From positions 1 through 24,260 of IMG/VR virus record IMGVR_UViG_3300032249_000373: 24,260 nt of DNA. The stretch is one strand, 5' to 3'. Source of the stretch: a virus. Under the pieces are notes generated by a model. That model was not told the origin of the DNA. It made no database searches and saw nothing but the letters and a program-made list of their open reading frames with translations. Positions 6,738 to 13,550 of the stretch are shown in pieces. The position numbers and the translations under genes were made by a program. How positions within the stretch are numbered: the stretch's first letter is position 1; every line of letters starts with the position of its first letter.

Positions 6738-6797
6738 CTAACTATGAATTGCAATAACAAAAGCAAAACAAGTAATTGCGATTAGAATAACTAACAT
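6738..6797 (-). CDS. 19-aa hydrophobic peptide
   Basis: MLVILIAITCFAFVIAIHS; GAGGA RBS and TAATG overlap. Confidence 0.55.
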   Translation of the reverse strand: MLVILIAITCFAFVIAIHS

Positions 6798-6886
6798 TAG
6801 TTTTCCTCAATTTCATTTAGTAAATCCCAAAGTATTGGCTCTAACTCTAACGCAACTGCATCAAGTTTTTCTTGAAGTGTTTTCAT
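6797..6886 (-). CDS. 29-aa acidic helical peptide
   Basis: MKTLQEKLDAVALELEPILWDLLNEIEEN; GAGGA RBS, abuts the upstream stop. Confidence 0.65.
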   Translation of the reverse strand: MKTLQEKLDAVALELEPILWDLLNEIEEN

Positions 6887-7030
6887 TTATTCCTCAATCT
6901 GTCTTTGATAGTAGTCAATTACATGAAAGTCTAATTGTCTCTCAAGTGGCATAGCCTTTAGCCATGAATAGGCAGACTCAAAATCATCTGCCTCTACATC
7001 TACATACAACTCAAAATTAAATACTGGCAT
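6887..7030 (-). CDS. 47-aa hypothetical protein
   Basis: MPVFNFELYVDVEADDFESAYSWL...; AAGGAGGT RBS, TAATG overlap. Confidence 0.75.
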   Translation of the reverse strand: MPVFNFELYVDVEADDFESAYSWLKAMPLERQLDFHVIDYYQRQIEE

Positions 7031-7194
7031 TATTTAACCTCCTTGTATAAAAAGTCCCAAGCCTTACGGCATAACACGATAGATTTGCAGTTATCGCAAC
7101 AGATAACTCCATGAGGGTTAAGGTCTAGGTCATAGACATCTATTGTGGTAGTAACCGCACCACACACGGATTTAATTGGTACATAGGTACTCAT
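7030..7194 (-). CDS. 54-aa Cys-rich (zinc-ribbon-like) protein
   Basis: MSTYVPIKSVCGAVTT...VICCDNCKSIVLC...; ATGA overlap. Confidence 0.75.
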   Translation of the reverse strand: MSTYVPIKSVCGAVTTTIDVYDLDLNPHGVICCDNCKSIVLCRKAWDFLYKEVK

Positions 7195-7373
7195 CTTGTA
7201 AGTCCTTCCTTTCCATAAGTGTTAATAAAATCAGGGAGAGCCATAACGCCCTTGTAGTCTTTACATCTAGGGCAAAATCTATTCCACCCGTCAAATAGTG
7301 TTATGCAGAAAGCGCAGATGTTATCCATAGCGCATAAGCCTTGCTCATCTATAAATTGCATAGTGTCGTTCAT
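7191..7373 (-). CDS. 60-aa CxxC-CxxC zinc-ribbon protein
   Basis: CAFC...CPRC; start moved to the ATGA overlap at 7373. Confidence 0.75.
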   Translation of the reverse strand: MNDTMQFIDEQGLCAMDNICAFCITLFDGWNRFCPRCKDYKGVMALPDFINTYGKEGLTR

Positions 7374-7546
7374 GCTGACACCTTCCAATCTGTCCAAGCA
7401 GGGAATTGTTCTGGGTCACTATCATAGTAGTAACGCTCAATGTTGCTATCGCAAATCATGCATAGTGTGAATTGCTCATCTCCAATTTCTGAGATAGCAG
7501 AAACAAGAGGCTCGTGCCACTTGCATAGTGTGTTTAGTGTAGTCAT
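7370..7546 (-). CDS. 58-aa CxxH...CxxC zinc-finger-like protein
   Basis: MTTLNTLCKWHEP...LCMICDSNIERYY...; GAAAGGTAGG RBS. Confidence 0.75.
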   Translation of the reverse strand: MTTLNTLCKWHEPLVSAISEIGDEQFTLCMICDSNIERYYYDSDPEQFPAWTDWKVSA

Positions 7547-7601
7547 TTTGACCTACCTTTCTTTAAGGGATTTCTGTACCCTTGTTTTTCTTTATACTGT
7601 A

Positions 7602-7820
7602 AGTATAGCAGGGGGGTCTGACAAATTGGAGGGGACAAAAGGTATCAAAACGGACATTGTGAGATTAGTCACATGTGTTTCATGTCACATAGGTTATCCA
7701 CACATGAATGGTCAGACCTGTGGATAACTTTTTTCGACATCCCCTGTGACGGAAATCACAAAAATACTTTACCGACACGCCCGAAAAACAGGCTAATTTG
7801 TCAGTGGTAGGTGCTAGAAT
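7602..7820. promoter_or_regulatory. Divergent promoter pair with three CRP-type sites, two DnaA boxes and a GACACGCCCGA box
   Basis: Minus TGTCAG-N10-TATACT (7602-7623); plus TGTCAG-N10-TAGAAT (7799-7820); CRP 7658-7673, 7674-7689, 7745-7760; DnaA 7694-7702, 7719-7727. Confidence 0.75.
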
Positions 7821-7856
7821 ACTATGTATAAAGATTAACAAAGAAAGGTGTTCCCA

Positions 7857-8003
7857 ATGAATACACTAGAAAGACTAAGAGCAGAGCAACAGGCTCGCTA
7901 CGCTAAAGAGCGTGAGGCTAACAAGGCTAAGATTGAGGCTATGTTTGCCAATAACTCTCGCCCACTAAACAATGCCCACCTATTAGGAAAGGAGGAAAAC
8001 TAA
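7857..8003 (+). CDS. 48-aa helical hypothetical protein
   Basis: MNTLERLRAEQQARYAKEREANKAKIEAMF...; GAAAGGTG RBS. Confidence 0.75.
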   Translation: MNTLERLRAEQQARYAKEREANKAKIEAMFANNSRPLNNAHLLGKEEN

Positions 8004-8167
8004 TGAAAACCAATTTTGAGATTACACAAGAGATTAACACTCTTGCTACTAAGCACTATGGTGATGTATCACTGTCATGGGTTTGGGGTTGTGCACAAGC
8101 ACTACTAACCGCACAACAGTTAGAGTTAATTCTAAACATGCTACTAGAGAAAGAGGCTAGTCAATGA
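8003..8167 (+). CDS. 54-aa hypothetical protein
   Basis: MKTNFEITQEINTLATKHYGD...; AAGGAGG RBS, TAATG overlap. Confidence 0.75.
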   Translation: MKTNFEITQEINTLATKHYGDVSLSWVWGCAQALLTAQQLELILNMLLEKEASQ

Positions 8168-8262
8168 GCGCAATGTACGCACACACTTGTGAAACTTGTG
8201 GGGATACAGGTATCATCATTTTTGATAAAAACGAGACCCGCATAGACCCTTGCAAATGTTAG
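8164..8262 (+). CDS. 32-aa CxxC...CxC zinc-finger peptide
   Basis: MSAMYAHTCETCGDTGIIIFDKNETRIDPCKC; ATGA overlap. Confidence 0.7.
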   Translation: MSAMYAHTCETCGDTGIIIFDKNETRIDPCKC

Positions 8263-8348
8263 AATAAATCGGTGGCACTAGTGTTAGAATTATTGACGGC
8301 ACTAGTGCTAAGATCTTTGCACGCACCCCACTAGTGTGCTCACTAATT
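8257..8348. repeat. Tandem repeats carrying the palindrome CACTAGTG
   Basis: CACTAGTG at 8276, 8300 and 8329; TGTTAGAAT...GGCACTAGTG duplicated. Confidence 0.7.
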
Positions 8349-8466
8349 AAATTATTTATTCTACACAAAAGTATGTATCATACACTTATACAAAATATTC
8401 AGATTTTGGCAAAAGTGGTTTTTATAAAATTTTTCAGATTTTGACGGGGTAGGGTATAATAATCAT

Positions 8467-8607
8467 ATGGCCATACTAGATAACGTAGATAACAATAAAT
8501 ATCCACTATTTGAGACAGAAGCATCTTCTCTGGAGATAAAGGTTTTTTCAGATACATGTTGCAATGGGTGTACTTGCCAAAGCCCATTTGCTCATATAAA
8601 AGAATAA
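8467..8607 (+). CDS. 46-aa protein with CCNGCTC motif, leaderless
   Basis: MAILDNVDNNKYPLFE...DTCCNGCTCQSP; ATG 6 nt after TATAAT (8455-8460). Confidence 0.65.
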   Translation: MAILDNVDNNKYPLFETEASSLEIKVFSDTCCNGCTCQSPFAHIKE

Positions 8608-8609
8608 GA

Positions 8610-9323
8610 CTACTTCTTATCTCTTTCTCTTTGCATTTGTCTGTAGGATCCTTGTCCTATAATCTTTGTTAAAATTTTTGAACGTGAATTAGTAAACATT
8701 TTTTCAAATTTGTCATTATTTGATAATATCTCAAAATTATATTTTGTTCTCTTAAATGGAATGTATTGGACAAAAGCAGATCCTCTTTCAATAAAAACAT
8801 CTTTGTCTTTTGTGTGTAGCATTATTTGTGGATTAACCTCATGATGAACATCTGTGTCAATAATTCCAGGGACTATAGAAAAGTCTTTATTAAAATCAAA
8901 AAATATAGGTAGTTGTAAAACAGAATATCCCTTTGGAGTAATAATTTTCCAAGGACATTGTGCTTTTATTATTGCAACACACTCAGATCCAAGTGGTTCT
9001 GGAACCATGTGATCTAAAAGTTGTTGTTTCGGGTGCATAGACCAATTAAGGTCATTATTTAAACCAGTTTTCCAAAATAACTCATCTGTTTCTGACTGAT
9101 AATGAAGAAGAGAATCTGACCACATTGGAATAATAAAACCTTGAGAAAAATAATCTGGAAAAGAAGGACAGGTTCTAATATTTGGAAAATTATTAAATTT
9201 TTCTGGAACAGGTAAAGATTTCCACCAAGAAGGAATAAATGATTTAGCAGGTCTTGGTTTACACTCTTCAATAGACTCTAGTCCAGGGAACGTAGATACT
9301 ATTTTTATGCTATTGTTTTTCAT
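8610..9323 (-). CDS. DUF6065-like / dUTPase-fold-like phage protein, paralog 1
   Basis: IPSWWK..CPSFPDYFSQGFIIP..PWKIITPKGYS..IVPGIIDTD..QYIPFKR motifs shared with three other ORFs in the window. Confidence 0.65.
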   Translation of the reverse strand: MKNNSIKIVSTFPGLESIEECKPRPAKSFIPSWWKSLPVPEKFNNFPNIRTCPSFPDYFSQGFIIPMWSDSLLHYQSETDELFWKTGLNNDLNWSMHPKQQLLDHMVPEPLGSECVAIIKAQCPWKIITPKGYSVLQLPIFFDFNKDFSIVPGIIDTDVHHEVNPQIMLHTKDKDVFIERGSAFVQYIPFKRTKYNFEILSNNDKFEKMFTNSRSKILTKIIGQGSYRQMQRERDKK

Positions 9324-9326
9324 ATA

Positions 9327-9524
9327 CTACCATTTTCCCACAGGACATTTTGCATTAGCAAGCATTGACTTAGCAGCCATAAAGCAACCACACTTCTTGC
9401 ATGTTTGGGTCTTTGGTCTAAAGAAATCACAGCCTTTACAAATTTCTAATCTATGTGCTGCAACTTCTTCAGGGCTTCTAGGAGATCCATTAAATAGATC
9501 CCAAGGTCTTACGTCATCACTCAT
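9327..9524 (-). CDS. Cys-rich small protein (DUF6171-like)
   Basis: RLEICKGC...CKKCGCFM..K.....KCPVGKW; leaderless after TATAAT. Confidence 0.7.
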   Translation of the reverse strand: MSDDVRPWDLFNGSPRSPEEVAAHRLEICKGCDFFRPKTQTCKKCGCFMAAKSMLANAKCPVGKW

Positions 9525-9671
9525 ATATTCTATTATAGCCTATAAGAGAACTTAAATCCAGTATTAGACATTATTGAGTATAGGGGTAACACTCATGTGT
9601 TGTCTAGTGTTGGTTTGTCTACTCTATTTTCGGCTCAACCTAAATACCGTTTTTTTTGGTACACTTGATAT

Positions 9672-10550
9672 ATGAAGAAATCTATATATGTTTCAATATC
9701 TTGTTTAGGGATTGACAGCCAGTTGCGAACGACTTTAAATACATTATTAAATAATACTTCTAGTGAAACAAAACTGTCAATTGGCATATCTTTTTGCGGA
9801 GACAAAAACTTTGCAAATGAAATAATTAAAGATTTTACCGACGAAAGAATCAAAACGACATATTACGATGCACTTAACAATCTTGGCATAGGCCTAGGAA
9901 GGCTATCTGCTGCATCAATGTATGATAACGAAGACTATTTTTTACAAATAGACGCTCATACATATTTCCCGACTGGATGGGACCAATACTTAATTAATAG
10001 GTTTGAAGATATAAAATATAAAAACAACAATAAGAAAATAGTTTTAAGTGGGTATCTTGGCTGGTATAACGAAGACTCCTTTTTTGATTATCTTGGATAT
10101 ACAAAATGGATAAAGAATAGGTTTATAATAAATAATGACACAATTCCATATTGGGAGTGTGATGTTTTAAATGCTGAACAAGAAGAAGATCTTGATAAAA
10201 ATGGCTTTATAGGCTTAGATAAAATAGTTGCAATGTTCATGTTTGGAGACTCAGAGTTTGCAAAAAATATATGTATTCCAGACTGGGTTTTATTTTGGGA
10301 AGAGGAAATAGTACAAAGTATAGAATTAATAAAAAATGGATTTGACTTAATCTATCCAGGCAAGAAAACTCCATTTTATCATTACTATAGTACAAACAAT
10401 CTGGATAGGCAAAGGTCTATAGATTTTTTACAATTAAACGGACTAACAAAAGAACAATACTACAACATGATGCGTGATAACTTTAGGGGATATTGCGATA
10501 AAAATGATATACTGTTTTATGAAAAAACACTAGGATTTTTGTTAAATTAG
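9672..10550 (+). CDS. GT-A glycosyltransferase, GlcNAc-transferase (PF11397-like)
   Basis: IYVSISC N-terminus, YFLQIDAHTYF..GWD, EE motif and FYHYY; leaderless after TGGTACACT. Confidence 0.8.
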   Translation: MKKSIYVSISCLGIDSQLRTTLNTLLNNTSSETKLSIGISFCGDKNFANEIIKDFTDERIKTTYYDALNNLGIGLGRLSAASMYDNEDYFLQIDAHTYFPTGWDQYLINRFEDIKYKNNNKKIVLSGYLGWYNEDSFFDYLGYTKWIKNRFIINNDTIPYWECDVLNAEQEEDLDKNGFIGLDKIVAMFMFGDSEFAKNICIPDWVLFWEEEIVQSIELIKNGFDLIYPGKKTPFYHYYSTNNLDRQRSIDFLQLNGLTKEQYYNMMRDNFRGYCDKNDILFYEKTLGFLLN

Positions 10551-10578
10551 TTTTAAATAATGATATAATAATCTCATT

Positions 10579-10866
10579 ATGACCACTACCGATTGGGCTC
10601 AATTTATTCTTGCATTGCTCTCAATTGGAGTAATTATAGTTAGTTCAATTCGCTGGTATATAAAAGTTCAAATTAAACCTATAGCAGAAGCCGTAGAAGA
10701 TATCAGAAAAGAAACTAAAACAAACGGCGGTACGTCAATGCGTGATGAAATTAAACAAATTAAAGTTGAGCAAGAAAATGCTAGAGATAAAAGAAAAGCA
10801 ACTAGTGATAAACTAGATCATATGTATGATTTATTTGTTGAGTATGTATCTAAGAATTCTAAATAA
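10579..10866 (+). CDS. Membrane protein, DUF2746-like (possible lysis accessory)
   Basis: N-terminal TM helix, TNGGTSMRDEI motif, coiled coil. Confidence 0.6.
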   Translation: MTTTDWAQFILALLSIGVIIVSSIRWYIKVQIKPIAEAVEDIRKETKTNGGTSMRDEIKQIKVEQENARDKRKATSDKLDHMYDLFVEYVSKNSK

Positions 10867-11075
10867 CTACTATATATAATATATAAGATATCTTTAAAAA
10901 CTTAACTACAGTATATTCTTTTCTTATATATATTTAAGTATACACCAAAAGTTTTTTGTTTTAACCTTTAATACCCTGGCTTATTATAACTTTTTATAAC
11001 AATTTAGTATATAACTTTTTGTTACCACATAAATAACGTTTTGTTATACTTTTATGTATACTGGTATAAATTAAT
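10867..11075. other. Very AT-rich non-coding tract (candidate origin)
   Basis: ~210 bp without an ORF; TA runs and repeated TATAAC/GTTAT. Confidence 0.35.
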
Positions 11076-11086
11076 GTTATAATGTG

Positions 11087-11142
11087 AGTGCTGGCACCCT
11101 AAGTTCTACCCCCACCCCACTGCGCTTAGGGTGTTCAGCATT
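11087..11142 (+). ncRNA. Candidate hairpin sRNA with C-rich loop
   Basis: 17-bp stem with one bulge and a 21-nt loop, between its own TGTTATAAT promoter and the next promoter. Confidence 0.55.
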
Positions 11143-11160
11143 AACTGATATACTGTATTG

Positions 11161-11904
11161 ATGAAATTAGAAAAAAATGAAATTATAGTTTATTGGTGTC
11201 CGTCTGAGTCTGTTATAGATCAAGAAGCCATGTCTTTGTTAGATATGAAGCCAAAACCCTTTATGTCAGATTTTTTAAAAAAAAGAAAAAAAGAAATTGT
11301 TCCTTATCTTGGAGATAAGTTTGGTTCTGGATATCATGTATGTACCGCTCTTCATGAACTAGTTAATAACACATACATTATAAATTCCCCAGTTTCTGTA
11401 GATGTTTCTTTATCTGACGAAGGGTATGTTGATAGGAACAGTTTTGGTCATAACTGGTTTAAAGAAAGAAGTCAGTCTTTTAATAATTCACTTTCCTTTG
11501 ATTTTGGAGTATCTTATGCACTATTTTCAGAAGAGCCACTAGAGGTTAGCCTAACACCCCCTTACATGCATAAATGCTCTCAATCAAATACTGGATTTTT
11601 ATCTTCAGTAAAATGGGACATTTCCTCGTGGTTTAGACCTTTTATTTTTATATATCATATGTGGGATGGAGAAAAATCTATGTCTTTTGTTGAAAATGAG
11701 CCTATAGGGTATTTTCATTTTCACACAGATAAAAAGATAGTATTTAAAGAGTTTAAAATGAATGAAGCCATTACACAGCAACTTATGGCGTGTACTGGTC
11801 ATAAAAATGTAATACCCTGGCAAAAGATGAACCAGTTATACTTAAGGTTTAATCGTGGAATGAAGAAAAGGGTACTTTTAGAAATCAAAAAAAATCTAGT
11901 TTAG
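11161..11904 (+). CDS. DUF6065-like phage protein, paralog 2 (divergent)
   Basis: CTA..YIINSPV..LFSEEPL..LTPPY..WDISSWFRP; ATG 6 nt after TGATATACT. Confidence 0.6.
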   Translation: MKLEKNEIIVYWCPSESVIDQEAMSLLDMKPKPFMSDFLKKRKKEIVPYLGDKFGSGYHVCTALHELVNNTYIINSPVSVDVSLSDEGYVDRNSFGHNWFKERSQSFNNSLSFDFGVSYALFSEEPLEVSLTPPYMHKCSQSNTGFLSSVKWDISSWFRPFIFIYHMWDGEKSMSFVENEPIGYFHFHTDKKIVFKEFKMNEAITQQLMACTGHKNVIPWQKMNQLYLRFNRGMKKRVLLEIKKNLV

Positions 11905-11928
11905 CAATTTATGGTATAATCTAGTATT

Positions 11929-12345
11929 ATGTGCTCTCCTTCAATTGAAAAACTAGGTGCCTCACCAGCCAATATACAATGGACTGTGGTCCGTGGAGAT
12001 AATGCAAACCTTAAAGTAGAATTTTTTGAAGACGACGAAGTTACCCCATATGACACAGGCGCTTGGGTTTTTTCAGCAACAGCCTATGATCCTTCATCTG
12101 ACGTTTTAGATGAACTAGTTGTTGAGACATATGAGGATGGTGTTGTATATATTCTTGCCGACAAAAATATTACTCAAAACTGGGGCGGTACAAAATATAA
12201 GCCTATTGTTGCAGAGTTAAGATTTGACCTTACCGCCACAATTCCTGGAGATGGAGTATCTGGAGGAGGAGGAGACCTTGAAACTGTATGGACTCCTGTT
12301 GTTGGAACAATATGCGTTCTTGGAGATGTTAGTGGAACGCTATGA
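11929..12345 (+). CDS. Virion adaptor-like beta protein (WTVVRGD family), copy 1
   Basis: Similar to 13194 and 19801; TGGTATAAT promoter. Confidence 0.65.
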   Translation: MCSPSIEKLGASPANIQWTVVRGDNANLKVEFFEDDEVTPYDTGAWVFSATAYDPSSDVLDELVVETYEDGVVYILADKNITQNWGGTKYKPIVAELRFDLTATIPGDGVSGGGGDLETVWTPVVGTICVLGDVSGTL

Positions 12346-12422
12346 TAGTTAAAGTAACTTCAAATAAAGCAAATCTTCCATCTGCAGTTAAAGTTGGAAC
12401 AAATATCTATAAAGTAAAGTAA
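12342..12422 (+). CDS. 26-aa coupled peptide
   Basis: MIVKVTSNKANLPSAVKVGTNIYKVK; ATGA overlap, fills the gap. Confidence 0.6.
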   Translation: MIVKVTSNKANLPSAVKVGTNIYKVK

Positions 12423-12431
12423 AATAGATCC

Positions 12432-13169
12432 ATGGCAACTAACATGGAACCACCTCAACCATTAAAGAAAAAAAACTATTTAGACGCTGTAAAGTCTACT
12501 ACTCCACAAGAACTAGATAAGCAGTATATTGCCGTACCTGGTCTTCAGGGTGAAACTGGCCTTCAAGGACCTAAAGGAGATAAGGGTGACAAGGGTGATC
12601 AGGGACCACAGGGACCAAAAGGTGATCAAGGTAAGACTGGTCCCCAGGGAGAGCGTGGAGAGCCTGGTAAGGGAGGAGAAGGCTATGACTCGCCATCTGG
12701 ACAGTATCCAGGTTGGGCATATTACCAAAACAAAATAGATAAGCCAACTCTTTTAGGACCCCAAAGAGGAGATGATGGATGGGTATCTCTTAATTTTTAT
12801 GCAGATCTTGAGTCATCTAATCAAGAGTATATTATAAAAAATACAAACCAACTTTGGTTATCCGATATGAACATTTTTAATTTTAAGGCATTAAGGCTAG
12901 GTGCTAAGGTTGATATAAGATATGATTTTACAATAACTACTGAGTCAAACTATACAGAGTTATGGCTTAGAACATTTAATGAGAAATATTTTAAGTCTCC
13001 AACATCTTATGTAGCAAACCTTAAATACCAGTATTCTTACGATATGTCATTTTTTCAAACATTATATATTGATGACCAAAGAATTAAGTCCTATGGGGCA
13101 AGACCGCAAGCAAGAACAGACTCAGAAAGCAACTTACTGTTAAAAGGCATCTATATTTCAGTTTGTTAA
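12432..13169 (+). CDS. Collagen-like (Gly-X-Y) fibre protein
   Basis: About 15 Gly-X-Y triplets followed by a globular beta domain. Confidence 0.85.
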   Translation: MATNMEPPQPLKKKNYLDAVKSTTPQELDKQYIAVPGLQGETGLQGPKGDKGDKGDQGPQGPKGDQGKTGPQGERGEPGKGGEGYDSPSGQYPGWAYYQNKIDKPTLLGPQRGDDGWVSLNFYADLESSNQEYIIKNTNQLWLSDMNIFNFKALRLGAKVDIRYDFTITTESNYTELWLRTFNEKYFKSPTSYVANLKYQYSYDMSFFQTLYIDDQRIKSYGARPQARTDSESNLLLKGIYISVC

Positions 13170-13193
13170 TGGTATAATAAAGCAGGAGGAATA

Positions 13194-13550
13194 ATGGCAT
13201 TTCCAGGTACTTATAATTTTAGTTATTATCGTGGGGACACGTATCAATTTGTAATCCGTCCAAAAAATTCAAATGGAACTACTTTTGCACTAGACGCTTA
13301 TGCAGGAAATGCAGCCTTCACCATAGCAAATGTCCGTGGAAGTACAGGAACTCAGATTTCAGGAACAGCCACGGTAGATACAGCAAATGACATTATCACA
13401 TGCACGATAACTGGAGCAACTGGTAGAGGCCTTGTTGGAGGAACAACCTATGTGTATGATGTTCAAATTAATAACGGTGCTGGAGTTATTTTTACATTAC
13501 TTACGGGATCGATTACAGTAACAAATGATATCACTGGAGCGGTAGTTTAA
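13194..13550 (+). CDS. Virion adaptor-like beta protein (YYRGD...YVYDVQ), copy 2
   Basis: AGGAGG RBS; BppU-N-like pattern. Confidence 0.7.
   Translation: MAFPGTYNFSYYRGDTYQFVIRPKNSNGTTFALDAYAGNAAFTIANVRGSTGTQISGTATVDTANDIITCTITGATGRGLVGGTTYVYDVQINNGAGVIFTLLTGSITVTNDITGAVV

Noticed and set aside
475-7727. Plus-strand ORFs 475, 1267, 2831, 3163, 4014, 4340, 7440
   Set aside because: Antisense to well-supported, coupled minus-strand genes
8441-8460. TTGACG...TATAAT as a -35/-10 pair
   Set aside because: The spacer is only 8 nt; only the -10 is credible
8399-8587. 62-aa minus-strand ORF
   Set aside because: The plus-strand leaderless ORF 8467-8607 has better promoter support
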